From positions 672,001-736,000 of the forward strand of contig OY969564.1 of the NCBI GenBank assembly GCA_963701095.1: a stretch of DNA of 64,000 nucleotides, read 5' to 3'. Positions 1 to 9,963 of this stretch are shown here, piece by piece. Numbering within the stretch: the first letter of the stretch is position 1; every line of letters begins with the position of its first letter. This DNA is from an uncultured Methanoregulaceae archaeon (GTDB lineage: Archaea > Halobacteriota > Methanomicrobia > Methanomicrobiales > Methanospirillaceae). A model generated the notes under the pieces. It did no database searches, was not told where the DNA came from, and was given only the letters and a program-made list of their open reading frames with translations. The position numbers were made by a program, and so were the translations under genes.

Positions 1-114
1 ATCGGACACGTTTTTTCCATCAACCGAGACCGGCATACAGATAACGATTAAAAAAACAACAATGGGCAGGATGAATATCATCCTGTTCGTGAAATGCCCG
101 TTTTGTTTACCCAT
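1..114 (-). CDS. 5' part of a probable secreted/membrane protein, running off the left edge
   Basis: Manual translation from ATG 114: MGKQNGHFTNRMIFILPIVVFLIVICMPVSVDGKNVSD...; signal-peptide-like hydrophobic stretch; open to position 1. Confidence 0.55.
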   Translation of the reverse strand, partial: MGKQNGHFTNRMIFILPIVVFLIVICMPVSVDGKNVSD

Positions 115-636
115 GATTTCTCACACCAGAAATTCTATGAGGATTCGAGTAGAGTCTCTCAAATGCTTTCATCCCAAGAACAGAAAATATGAAATCCTAA
201 TGAGCGGTCATTGTGGTTATCCAGACAGATAACTAAGAGGCTTAGGATACGCAATAATAATGTAAATGTTATATATAATAACTCGGAAATAGCTCATTTT
301 TCACGGATGACAAACGATCCGGGGGTTGCTGTTGATACCGGGCTTGCTGCTATACTCGGCGCTGGCACCTACTGTTCAGTTTATGCAAATAAAAGGAAAA
401 CAATGCTGTTTCATCTACTTTGGTAAATTTTCCACATCTGAAGAGTGAACAAATTAACTGTAAACACAATAAATCTCCTTGAGCCGAATAGTACCACTGT
501 TCATCTCAAATTTTGTTTTTTGCGTCAACGTCGAAAGGAGATATCAAAGTATTCTTTTTTTTTAATAAAGTTGCAGTAAAAAGGGTTCATCGAACCTTCC
601 TCCTCGTGTAAATAGCATTTTTTGCTGGTAATTCTA

Positions 637-795
637 TCATACTAAGCGCCTTTCAACTAACGTGAGGATCCCCTCAATGGCTCTGGTACTATCCAGGCAT
701 GGTTGGGATCCCTCCTTCTCAAGAATTCGGAGAGACCTGCGTATTTCGTCAATTTCCTCCGAAGTGATAAGAACCCACGGGTTTTTATGTGGCAT
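637..795 (-). CDS. small hypothetical protein (52 aa), not in ORF track
   Basis: Manual translation MPHKNPWVLITSEEIDEIRRSLRILEKEGSQPCLDSTRAIEGILTLVERRLV*; amphipathic helical pattern; co-oriented downstream of the ABC operon. Confidence 0.5.
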   Translation of the reverse strand: MPHKNPWVLITSEEIDEIRRSLRILEKEGSQPCLDSTRAIEGILTLVERRLV

Positions 796-901
796 TATTA
801 TCATCTCTTCCCGGATCTGTTCTCCTACAAACTGGTGCCAGAGATCTACATAGGTAAAACATATCGTTGGTCCTTTGATTTCCTGCAGTTATCATCACGG
901 A

Positions 902-2113
902 TCACTCGTGCCTCAGCGCATCAATCGGGTTAAGGTTAGCCGCCTGCACGGACGGATATACCCCGCAGAGAAGGCAGACGATAATACCAAATCCTACTCC
1001 TTCGACAACTGATGTCATGCTTGCCACCGTGAAGAGATACTTCGTAGTGCCAAGAAACAGAGCACTTACCAAATATCCGGCAAGGATACAGAGAATCCCC
1101 CCGATCAAGCTCCCCATCACACCGATGATAGCAGCTTCGTAGACAAACATGCTCATAACTTCCCTTTTTTGTGTGCCAATACTACGCATGATTCCGATCT
1201 CTTTGATCCTTTCGTTGACCGACATGATCATGATGTTAAAGATGGAAACACCCGCGACGATCATTGAGATACCCCCTATGGCCTCGACAAATGTCGTGAC
1301 CGAACTAAAGGTCGAATAGACGGTGGCAAGTGTTGCCTTGCTGTCCGTCACAGAAACAGTCTTATCCCTGGTGTTCCGGTTGAGCTGATTCTCAATGGTC
1401 GTTGTTACAGCCGCCGTAGTGCCGCTGGTGACCTTGACGACCACTTCATTATATTCACCCTGCTCATTGTAGGTACTCTCAAACCAATCTTGCGTCACGA
1501 CAATTGCACTATCGGTGCTGATATCAAAGCTCATTCCCCGTTCCACGATAATACCGGTCACTCTGAGCGTGCCGTATTGCCCATCGGTTCCGATAGAAAT
1601 GCGCGAACCGACCTTGATATTATGATCCGATGCAAATGTCGAACCTACCAGACAGCCGGAGTTTGCATTGTTGTAACCCCCTGCTTGGAGATTGGGTAAG
1701 AGAACGGATTCATCATCTGTCGGGATGCCGTAAATGGTCGCCACGATATCGTTGCTTCCGACACCCACTTGCATATGTTCGGATGTTGAAAGAACAGGAA
1801 TCGCCACGTTCGGGGCAACTACCCGTTTGATCAGCTGGAAATTTTGATCGGTAAGCATCAGGTTTGCAGAGCTTGAACCTCCACCGCCTCCGCTTGGGCC
1901 CATGCCTCCCCCTCCTCCGCTATATGGAGTGACAATTACCGAGTCCCCCACAGACGAGAGACTCGAGCTGATCTCCTGTGTAATACTATTTCCAAGGACA
2001 CCCATAGCACCGATGGCGACGACACCGATAATTATACCGAGCATTGCCAAAGTCGAACGGAGCATGTGGATCCGAATATTTCGTTTGGAGATCTCCCAGA
2101 ATATCGTATTCAT
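902..2113 (-). CDS. ABC transporter permease, MacB/FtsX family
   Basis: RSTLAMLGIIIGV N-terminal TM, large extracellular domain, C-terminal NIMIMSVNERIKEIGIMRSIG and NPIDALRHE motifs. Confidence 0.95.
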   Translation of the reverse strand: MNTIFWEISKRNIRIHMLRSTLAMLGIIIGVVAIGAMGVLGNSITQEISSSLSSVGDSVIVTPYSGGGGGMGPSGGGGGSSSANLMLTDQNFQLIKRVVAPNVAIPVLSTSEHMQVGVGSNDIVATIYGIPTDDESVLLPNLQAGGYNNANSGCLVGSTFASDHNIKVGSRISIGTDGQYGTLRVTGIIVERGMSFDISTDSAIVVTQDWFESTYNEQGEYNEVVVKVTSGTTAAVTTTIENQLNRNTRDKTVSVTDSKATLATVYSTFSSVTTFVEAIGGISMIVAGVSIFNIMIMSVNERIKEIGIMRSIGTQKREVMSMFVYEAAIIGVMGSLIGGILCILAGYLVSALFLGTTKYLFTVASMTSVVEGVGFGIIVCLLCGVYPSVQAANLNPIDALRHE

Positions 2114-2781
2114 GCTGCAATTCTCCCGTCAACGATCCTGATGATCCGATTGGTATATTCAGCAACGAGGGGATCGTGAGTAACAACGATGACGGTTGAG
2201 CCCTTCCTGTTCAGTTCCGTCAGGAGTTCCATGATACTCGCGCCGGTCTTTGAATCGAGATTTCCCGTCGGTTCATCGCACAGCAGGATATCGGGATCAT
2301 TGATAAGCGCCCGTGCAACCGCAACACGCTGTTGCTGTCCCCCCGAAAGTTCGAGGGGAGTGTGTGAGAAGAGATTTTCATCGAGCTGGACTGCACGAAG
2401 CACTTCCCGCGCCTTGTCCTCATTAACTCCTTTACCGGATTTGAGCATCTGGGGAAAGCTGACATTCTCGATGATGTTGAGCAGGGGAAAGAGGTTGAAG
2501 TACTGGAAAATGAACCCGATACGATCCCGTCTCAGGTTCGTGAGTTCGATATCGCTCATATCGCCGACTCCTATCCCACTTATGAAGATATCACCGGTGG
2601 TTGGTGTATCAAGGCATCCCATCAGGTTCAGCAGTGTTGACTTGCCGGATCCCGATGGCCCCATGATCGATATGAACTCCCCCCGTTCCACTTCAAATGA
2701 GACGTGGTTAAGGGCAGTCACATCTCCGGCCTTGAGCGGATAGATTTTAACCACGTCGGAAAACTGGATGACCGGTTGCAT
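2110..2781 (-). CDS. ABC transporter ATP-binding protein (LolD/MacB-like)
   Basis: Walker A GPSGSGKS, signature [15 protein letters not shown], Walker [14 protein letters not shown]-loop VTHD; 4-bp overlap with the permease. Confidence 0.97.
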   Translation of the reverse strand: MQPVIQFSDVVKIYPLKAGDVTALNHVSFEVERGEFISIMGPSGSGKSTLLNLMGCLDTPTTGDIFISGIGVGDMSDIELTNLRRDRIGFIFQYFNLFPLLNIIENVSFPQMLKSGKGVNEDKAREVLRAVQLDENLFSHTPLELSGGQQQRVAVARALINDPDILLCDEPTGNLDSKTGASIMELLTELNRKGSTVIVVTHDPLVAEYTNRIIRIVDGRIAA

Positions 2782-2797
2782 GATGCACCGTCCTCCT

Positions 2798-4066
2798 TTA
2801 CTGTTTCTTTCGCTTCTTCATGTAGAGATACCCGCCTGTACCAAGCACAATTATAATGACAATAATCAGTAACGGAAGCATGCTTGGTTGTGAACCAGTC
2901 TGAGTTGTAGCCTTTGTTAGGTCGATATTCTGGACGGAGGTGATAATATTGCCATTACTGTCTCTGAAAGATTGCTGGAGGGGTACGCTTGTCGTGCCTT
3001 CAGGCACCGTAAAGGTGAGCTCGAAACTGCCGAAGTCATCCGGTTTGAGTGCACCGATAACATAATTCACGTCAGGTTCCTGCGGCACTGCGGGAGAAAG
3101 TGATGTGACCGTGACACCATTTGCGTTCGAGAGACCGGCATTGGTTAAATCTCCGGTGAGGTCGTAAGTCCCGTTGTTGAATGCGATAACAATATTGCTC
3201 ATCACCGGATCGGCCTGCACTTTGTCGGTTGTAAACAGGATCGGCAGAGTGGTATTGATCGTATGGTCGTTGTCCCCGTTCCCGTAATCGACCTGCATGG
3301 AAAGTGAAGTGGGGGAATCCGGTGTAACAGTAAAATTGACCAACGTACTGGTCCCGGCAGGCAGATACCCGATATATGTCTTCGAAGGCGTAAGGGTGGC
3401 ATCGTTCCCGGTAACATCAAAGATGACATTTTTCACATCGTTATCACGGGGATTTGAGATTTGAACACTGATAGTCGCTTTAACTCCTTGGTTGAATGAA
3501 TCCGGCTGGTTAGCAATGGTCATTACAAGGGGTGTATTGTCCACCTTGACCGGTGTTTTTGAATACATTCCATTCCCGGCGACAAAGTTCAAAGAGAATG
3601 AAGGATAGTAGGTACTCGCAGATTTATCCGTTTTAATAGAGAATACAAACGACTGGGTCTGGAGAGGCCCAATGTTGACATTGGTGTCATACGTGCCGCT
3701 GATAAGGTGGATATCGTCATCACCGAAGGTAGCATGGTTGACCATGACGCTTTGGTTTGCATTCCCGTTGGTGACGTAAAACGTTGCAGTTGCAGTATCC
3801 CCGGTAAAGAGGACTGCCGGATCGAGCGTATAGTTTGATAAATATACGTTGTTTGCAGCCTGAACAGCATCAGTTATGGCGTCAGCATTTGCCGGAAGAA
3901 TCAAAAATCCCATGGCCAGGAAAAGAAACACGAGCACCACGTATGCGGAACGCGGCATCCGAGCGAAAATGCTTTTCCTTGCTCCTGAATGAGCCGGCCT
4001 GTGGTCTGCTAAAAAATTCCGATTATCCGGATATGATGGTAGATATTTCATTCTGAACATTCGCAA
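2798..4066 (-). CDS. COG1361-like S-layer/Ig-domain membrane-anchored protein
   Basis: Signal-like hydrophobic segment, Thr/Asn-rich beta domains, YVIGALKPDDFGSFEL motif, C-terminal TM plus basic tail; first gene of the ABC operon. Start uncertain. Confidence 0.8.
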   Translation of the reverse strand: MRMFRMKYLPSYPDNRNFLADHRPAHSGARKSIFARMPRSAYVVLVFLFLAMGFLILPANADAITDAVQAANNVYLSNYTLDPAVLFTGDTATATFYVTNGNANQSVMVNHATFGDDDIHLISGTYDTNVNIGPLQTQSFVFSIKTDKSASTYYPSFSLNFVAGNGMYSKTPVKVDNTPLVMTIANQPDSFNQGVKATISVQISNPRDNDVKNVIFDVTGNDATLTPSKTYIGYLPAGTSTLVNFTVTPDSPTSLSMQVDYGNGDNDHTINTTLPILFTTDKVQADPVMSNIVIAFNNGTYDLTGDLTNAGLSNANGVTVTSLSPAVPQEPDVNYVIGALKPDDFGSFELTFTVPEGTTSVPLQQSFRDSNGNIITSVQNIDLTKATTQTGSQPSMLPLLIIVIIIVLGTGGYLYMKKRKKQ

Positions 4067-4078
4067 TTCCCCAAATGA

Positions 4079-4098
4079 GTAGTAAAATATTTTACTAC
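4079..4098. promoter_or_regulatory. perfect 20-bp palindrome, candidate TrmB operator
   Basis: GTAGTAAAATATTTTACTAC is self-complementary; a degenerate copy GTAGTTAAATTATTAACAAC lies at 4148-4167 in the same divergent intergenic region. Confidence 0.65.
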
Positions 4099-4187
4099 AA
4101 TTTTTACATGAGTTTGACCCAGGACTTATAAAAAAGTATTCATCGTAGTAGTTAAATTATTAACAACTCCGTGAACACTATATTCAT

Positions 4188-5018
4188 ATGGAAAGCATCC
4201 CCGCATCTCTCGTAAAATCGCTCAATAATCTCGGGTTGTCCAATAATGAAGCGAATGTTTATGCCGCGCTGGTCATGTTCGATAATGCAGATGCAAAAGA
4301 TCTTATTGAATATCTCTCTATCTCAAAGCCAAGCGTATACGAGGCTCTGGATCACCTGGCGGAAATGGGACTTGCGGTAAAAAGAATCACCAAACCGGCA
4401 CGATATAGCGCGGTTTCACCTCACATGGCCATTGACCTGCTCATGGGCAACCATAAAAAGTCAGCCAAACTGGCACTGGAAAAACTGGAAAAACTGGAAC
4501 TGGAAAAGGTGCGCACCGATAAGGAGGAGGCTCTCTGGACCATATATGGAGATAAGAGCGTCGAATATAAGTTTCGTGACCTTTTCGGTAAGGCAAAAAA
4601 TCATATCCGGTGCATGATCGGTGAGCGATACCTTCCGTTGGTTGAAAATATACAAATTAAGGATATTTCCCTGTCGCTTATCGTAATATCTGATGCTCCG
4701 GGTCTTGAGAAAAAATTGCGGGCTCAGTTCCCGGGAAAGAACGCGGATATCCATGTGATCACTTCGAAAAAGTTTGCTACTCCCCCACCCTTTGCTCCTC
4801 CGGAATTTGAAGAGCTCCATAAACTGATGAGAGTCGAAAACACGCTGGAACTGATTGTTGATGATGAGGAACTTCTCATGATCCCGCCGTTTTACTCTGA
4901 CACGGTTTCAGTCCTCAATACCCGGAACAAGGGGGCCGTTCTCCAGTTGAAACTCTTCAGCCAGTTTAATTTGAAGCGATTTACTGATGGAATGGATTTT
5001 TCACCGACTGCTCAGTAG
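4188..5018 (+). CDS. TrmB-family transcriptional regulator
   Basis: LGLSNNEANVYAAL...ISKPSVYEALDHLAEMGL winged HTH, ARYSAVSP, effector domain ELIVDDEELL. Confidence 0.9.
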   Translation: MESIPASLVKSLNNLGLSNNEANVYAALVMFDNADAKDLIEYLSISKPSVYEALDHLAEMGLAVKRITKPARYSAVSPHMAIDLLMGNHKKSAKLALEKLEKLELEKVRTDKEEALWTIYGDKSVEYKFRDLFGKAKNHIRCMIGERYLPLVENIQIKDISLSLIVISDAPGLEKKLRAQFPGKNADIHVITSKKFATPPPFAPPEFEELHKLMRVENTLELIVDDEELLMIPPFYSDTVSVLNTRNKGAVLQLKLFSQFNLKRFTDGMDFSPTAQ

Positions 5019-5803
5019 GTGCAGGTGGCGGTGCCATCTCCGTCCCTTCCGGCTCGGCAACTATAACCTCTTCTATATTCACCAATTGCTCGGCAGGTGG
5101 GGGCGGCGCTATCTTTTCAAACAACGCGATAACCATAACCTCTTCGACATTCACCGACTGCTCGGCATACTTCGGCGGCGCCATCGCTACCGGCCCGGCA
5201 ACCATGACCTCCTCGACATTTACCGGGTGCTCAGCAATAGAAGGCGGCGCCATCTTTAATGACGGCGGCACTATGCATTTTTGTCGGATTTATAACGATA
5301 CCGGAATAGCGGTATATAATAACGGTGTCTATTCATTCGATGCATCAGACAACTGGTGGGGCAGCAACAGCGATCCCTCTAGATACACGAGCGGAAACGT
5401 CATCAGCAGTCCATGGTTGGTGCTCGGTGTGATGGCGTCCCCATCCACCATCAACCCTACACAGACCTCTACAATCTCGGCAAACCTGACGGACAATTCC
5501 GCCAGAAACACGCTTTTTGGGACCTATGTTCCCGACAATATCCCGGTCTCTTTTTCAAGTACCGGCGGTACTGTTAATCCCTCAAAGGGTTCGACCCAAA
5601 ACGGTGTGTCCAAGACGACCTTCACACCCTCATCAACCGGTACCGCCTCTGTCACCGCGTCCGTTGACGGTCAGAGCATGACAGCGCCGGTCACGGTGAT
5701 TTCGGGGGGTCTGCCCGAATTTCCCTCTCCTGTGATACCAGCGATTCTAATCATCGGATTGCTGGGAACGGTTCTGTTCATCCGGCGAATCCGAGAATAC
5801 TAA
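5000..5803 (+). pseudogene. 5'-truncated PEF-CTERM surface protein (GGAI beta-helix repeats, Ig-like domain)
   Basis: Frame open from 4988 (in-frame TGA at 4985), no signal peptide; four FTxCSxx(xx)GGAI repeats, DNWWGSN, C-terminal LPEFPSP-TM-RRIREY. Confidence 0.75.
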
Positions 5804-5878
5804 CTTTTTTTTAATCAATCTTTCTCCGTATGACCGCGTTTTAGATTATGAAAAAAGTGAATTAAGATCAAATTATCA

Positions 5879-6068
5879 TTTTCCCGCTTGGCCTTCCCGG
5901 GCGGTACCCTCTCTGCCTCTGGTAACAGACTCTCCCCACCCGGAACCACAACCGCCATTCACCCCATAATATACTCGCTGGCATAAGGCTCGTCTGCCTC
6001 AAAAAGAGCATGGACTTTAACCACGCTTCCATCAGCGAGGACAAGTGTATTCTTAAAGTCCTGAGAAC
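5879..6068 (-). repeat. repeat family 1, copy A
   Basis: Core TTTTCCCGCTTGGCCTTCCCGGGCG (5879-5903) through TTTAACCACGCTTCCATCAGCGAGGAC; minus strand reads DFKNTLVLADGSVVKVHALFEADEPYASEYIMG*MAVVVPGGESLLPEAERVPPGKAKREN. Confidence 0.85.
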
Positions 6069-6134
6069 GGGATAGAACTTTTTTATCGAAAAACTCATAA
6101 TCTAAGAATCTTATATTCTAAGTTGTGAGTGCAT

Positions 6135-6350
6135 ATGTCTGATACGACACTTATCAAGGTCTCGTCAAAGGGACTCGTCACCCTCCCGAAAAAGATCCGG
6201 TCAAAACTCGGCATCAATGACGGCGATTATCTGGCGATATCTTCGAATAAAGACCAGATTATCTTCCGGAAAGCGAAGATCGAAATCGATTATGAAAACC
6301 CGGATGATGCATGGAAGGAGTACTCAAAGAAAAGGTTAGCACATGACTGA
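6135..6350 (+). CDS. AbrB/MazE/SpoVT-family antitoxin (copy 1)
   Basis: KVSSKGLVTLPKKIRSKLGINDGD AbrB signature; overlaps the toxin start. Confidence 0.9.
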   Translation: MSDTTLIKVSSKGLVTLPKKIRSKLGINDGDYLAISSNKDQIIFRKAKIEIDYENPDDAWKEYSKKRLAHD

Positions 6351-6694
6351 ACCGGCACAGGGATCCATTGTCCTTGTGGATTTTTCCTATTCCGACCAGG
6401 TCCAGTCCAAAATGCGTCCGGGCGCTTGTCGTGAGTAACTCCCGGTATAACAGGATCTCCCGTGATGTAATTGTCATGAAAATCACCTCCAGAAAGCCAA
6501 AACTCATGGAGGTCAGTTTGAAAAACGATGATCTTCTGGCCGGATCGTTGGATCATCCCAGCTACGTTCAGGCTGATGGGATCTATGCTCTGGAAAAAGA
6601 ACTCATCTGCAAATCCATCGGTGTTGTTCGGCCAGAGAAGATGCAGGAAATCAGGGGCCTGGTTTTGGATCTCTTCTCTCCTGACAGGGAGTAA
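6343..6694 (+). CDS. PemK/MazF-family toxin (copy 1), +1 frameshift near 6420
   Basis: MTEPAQGSIVLVDFSYSDQVQSKMRP then an extra G (ccgggcg); continues ALVVSNSRYN in the shifted frame; near-identical to intact copy 14048-14398. Confidence 0.85.
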
Positions 6695-6722
6695 TTTTCC
6701 CGGAGAAAAAGCGGTAATGTGT

Positions 6723-6857
6723 CCTCTATTCATCCGGTAACACATTATCCTCACCCGGTACCGCAACCGCAATCCTTCCCTTGATATACTCACTCGCGTA
6801 AGGCCCATCCGCTTCAAAAAGAGCGTGGGATTTAACCACGCTGCCATCAGCGAGGAC
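6723..6857 (-). repeat. repeat family 1, copy B
   Basis: Minus strand reads VLADGSVVKSHALFEADGPYASEYIKGRIAVAVPGEDNVLPDE*; aligns by eye with copies A, D, E and F. Confidence 0.85.
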
Positions 6858-6936
6858 GGAAGTCACCAACACAACAGCACGTAAGTTGCAAAGGTTAATA
6901 ATTCGCTCCGACAAGTGAGTCTTCCGGGACGGTATT

Positions 6937-7548
6937 ATGAGGAAGATAATTGTTCTTTCGTTTGTAACGCTTGATGGCGTTATGCAAGCTCCGGGAGGAC
7001 CGGAGGAAGATCCATCCGGAGGCTTTCGGTACGGGGGCTGGATGGTACCCTATGGCGATGAATTCATGGGAAAAGAGATGATCCGTCAGGTGAGCAGGCC
7101 GTTCGATTTACTCCTCGGGAGAAAGACCTATGAGATTTTTGCAGCGTACTGGCCGAACGCGACAAACCCCAGTGATCCCATAGCCGTGGGATTTAACCAT
7201 GCAACGAAGTACGTTGTCTCAAAAACCCTGACAGCACCCGGATGGAACAAGTCTGTTGTTATCAGCGGGGATGTGGTCGAGGAGATCAAACGGCTCAAGG
7301 AACGCGACGGACCTCAGTTGCAGGTTCACGGAAGCGGAAACCTCATCCAGACACTCATGAAACATGACTTAGTCGATGAATTGTGGCTGAAAATATTTCC
7401 CATCACGCTTGGCCCGGGAAAGCGCCTGTTTGCTGACGGCACTATCCCCGCAGCATTCAAACTGCAGGAATGCAAGACCTCTCCGAGCGGGGTTATCATC
7501 GCTTCGTACCAACGTGCGGGAGAGGTAACCACGGGATCTTTTGTCTAG
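6937..7548 (+). CDS. dihydrofolate reductase / RibD C-terminal family protein
   Basis: SFVTLDGVMQAPGGPEED, LLLGRKTYE, VHGSGNL, DLVDELWLKIFPITLGPGKRLF. Confidence 0.92.
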   Translation: MRKIIVLSFVTLDGVMQAPGGPEEDPSGGFRYGGWMVPYGDEFMGKEMIRQVSRPFDLLLGRKTYEIFAAYWPNATNPSDPIAVGFNHATKYVVSKTLTAPGWNKSVVISGDVVEEIKRLKERDGPQLQVHGSGNLIQTLMKHDLVDELWLKIFPITLGPGKRLFADGTIPAAFKLQECKTSPSGVIIASYQRAGEVTTGSFV

Positions 7549-7613
7549 AGGTGTGAAGAGCGTTCGTCTCCCGATCCATTTCCTTCAACTATAATTTTTC
7601 AGTTACTGTCACC

Positions 7614-7638
7614 TTTTCCCGCTTGGCCTTCCCGGGCG
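7614..7638 (-). repeat. repeat family 1, copy C (core only)
   Basis: Exact 25-mer TTTTCCCGCTTGGCCTTCCCGGGCG, identical to 5879-5903. Confidence 0.8.
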
Positions 7639-7839
7639 TGCCGGTTCTGATAGGTTGACAGGACTTCGTGAGAAAATTCAATTAAAAATGAATTATTTCA
7701 ACGTATTGAATTGGAAAAATTATCAGAGGTCCCGGGAAGTTATCAGCTCCTTTGATTGAATAGTTTCAACGAGGTGAAATATTCGTTCATCAACCTCAGG
7801 CGCTAAACAGATCCAATAATCATCGTCTTTGCTGTTGCT

Positions 7840-8451
7840 TTAGGGAATTTTAAAGAAAACCTTCTTTTCCCGGACATCATGGCAATAGCGACATTCGGTA
7901 GAGCATTTTTCAGCCTGGTAAACAGCATCTCCGTCGCGAACTTTTCCTGCTTGCTTTTCGAATAGAGCGAAATCTCTTCCACAATGCTCACACCGTGACA
8001 TACAATAGTAAATGAGTGAATCCAAAACCACGATGAAAATTGCCAATGCAATAAGCCCGAGGATTAAAATTTCTATGCCATATTTGGGAAATCTCGGTAG
8101 TAATCCAATAAAGGTCGATCGCGTAAATTGATTCGGGGGTATGTTAATGATAGATGCAATACCTATGGGAATTACCAAAAAGAACGAAATGAATGCTATC
8201 AAATCAATGATAATACTCCCTTTAAAACCGACTACACTCATTAAAACTTTTGCAATAACTTCAATATTTGAGGGATCCGCAGGTGCAGTTTCAAATTCCC
8301 GTGATGTATCCTGGATGGAACAGGTATTCTGCTCGATTTTTGATCCATGACCAATTACCGCCTCGTTCTTAAATGTAGTGCCATTGCCGGTTTTTATGGA
8401 ATGATCGTCAATGATATTATTTTGAGGATCCTTATTTTTCAAGATTTGCAC
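7840..8451 (-). CDS. hypothetical membrane protein with C-terminal zinc ribbon
   Basis: Two hydrophobic segments followed by CEHC and CRYC; visibly AT-rich. Confidence 0.65.
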   Translation of the reverse strand: MQILKNKDPQNNIIDDHSIKTGNGTTFKNEAVIGHGSKIEQNTCSIQDTSREFETAPADPSNIEVIAKVLMSVVGFKGSIIIDLIAFISFFLVIPIGIASIINIPPNQFTRSTFIGLLPRFPKYGIEILILGLIALAIFIVVLDSLIYYCMSRCEHCGRDFALFEKQAGKVRDGDAVYQAEKCSTECRYCHDVREKKVFFKIP

Positions 8452-8664
8452 CCCCTCCTATGACACCATCTATCCCGAATATATTTTCGTTTGCAAAAGT
8501 AATACTATCGTCCTGAACACAGAAAAACAGGGTTCTGTCACGTCTTCAGGTAGTTGCATCAAGCCTTCGTCGAGGAAAATATGTCGCCAGTCACGGACTT
8601 AACCGAGCCCCGCCCTGCATTCCGGAAGCATTCAGGTTAACCTGACGGTGTTAGCGCCTGCTTC

Positions 8665-8750
8665 CATTGAATATATTGGTGTTTTACGGGATTATAGCCG
8701 AGTATGAATTCGGCAAAATCGCGCAGATAATGAAAGGATTGGGAAAAAAG
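8665..8750 (+). repeat. repeat family 2, copy 1
   Basis: CATTGAATATATTGGTGTTTTACGGGATTATAGCCGAGTATGAATTCGGCAAAATCGCG... aligns with 31281-31376 and 39749-39846. Confidence 0.7.
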
Positions 8751-8775
8751 TGGCGAGCAGCGCCAGAAAATTTCA

Positions 8776-9452
8776 TTACCAGATAAAGGGAATAAGCCGA
8801 TAGTGGACATTCTGTGTATACTCGCGGTAGCCTTCCACTCCTTGGCTAGCATCTTTTCTTCCCCAATTATCCTTGCCATCAAAAGAACCATAAGAACAAG
8901 ACCTACAAGCACACCAAAGGATGAACTTAAAAGCAGCGGTGCCCCGATCATCATCAGGATTGCGCCAAGGTACATTGGATGCCTGACAAACCTATAAACA
9001 CCGGTCGATATAACCTGCTGCTTCCGGTCGTTCTGGATTCTTACCAGGGGTGAGAGGAATGAATTATCGGCAAATGACCGGAAGAACAGTATGAAGGATC
9101 CGACCAACCCGGCTCCTCCAAGGAGATTCAGCCAGACAGGGAATGCGGGAGACCAGCCAAACCGTTTTGCATCAAGTGGCATAATGACAATCCAGAGCGT
9201 AAACCCGGTTATGAGTCCGTAGACAACGTACCGGTCCCAACCTTCCTGATTGCCGGTACCAGGTTTCTTATATCTTTCTTCCAACAGCGCCGGGTTTTTC
9301 CGGTACAAGGAGAGGATCGTCGAAAAACAGAGAACAATAAACCAGATGCAAAAAACCCAACCTGCAATCCAGAGAAGATCTCCAGAAAGTACGAGGATGA
9401 GAGCAGGAAACAGAAGAATATACAGAAATGTGAAGACGGTCTTCTTCTCCAT
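8776..9452 (-). CDS. isoprenylcysteine carboxyl methyltransferase (ICMT/PEMT) family, -1 frameshift near 8838
   Basis: VISTGVYRFVRHPMYLG, RIIGEEKML; restoring one base gives the canonical ending ELEGYREYTQNVHYRLIPFIW* (stop 8776-8778). Confidence 0.88.
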
Positions 9453-9733
9453 GAAAACTATTATGTGCAGTCGAAGTATTAATCAGTCGCCTCGTTTGTA
9501 GTTCGATCCGTTTTACAGTACTGGTGCGTTAACGGGACTCGAATGAAAATGGCATCGTCGAAATCCATAGAAGTTGATTTTTTAATAGTCCCGCCATCTC
9601 AGAACCTGAATAAATCATCCGCTTTCACGACTAAAGGCGCGACCGTGCAGATAACGCCGTCACGTCCGGGATCCACGTATTGAAATAATCCTGGAGTTTC
9701 TCAGCTATCCCCGTTACAATCTTCGGCGGAATA

Positions 9734-9805
9734 GCCATCCTCCCCTTGATATATTCACTAGCGAAAGGCGCGTCTGCCTCAAAAATATCATGGGATTTAA
9801 CCACG
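9734..9805 (-). repeat. repeat family 1, copy D (central part)
   Basis: Minus strand VVKSHDIFEADAPFASEYIKGRMA. Confidence 0.8.
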
Positions 9806-9963
9806 ATGCGAAGCAAAGTTGCATTGCATCGTTTTATAATTTGCAGGAAATTAATAAATTCAATTAAGGGGCCCGGGACAAGCTCCAGCTGACTATCTTT
9901 TTGCATTCACTCTTCGAGAAAGCCATTCAGTCTTGATCCTAAGGCAAAAGAATGGTGAGTTAG

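Noticed and set aside
211..600. ORF 211-426 or an ncRNA in the AT-rich intergenic region
   Set aside because: No protein motif or clear RNA structure.
2189..2743. Long antisense ORFs over the ABC ATPase and kinases (also 16285-17172, 27350-28039, 28765-29364, 47905-48546)
   Set aside because: Shadow frames of well-supported genes with no motifs of their own.
6726..6914. Track ORFs 6726-6914, 9631-9906 and 12591-12815 as real genes
   Set aside because: Chimeric read-throughs of repeat family 1 and neighbouring fragments.
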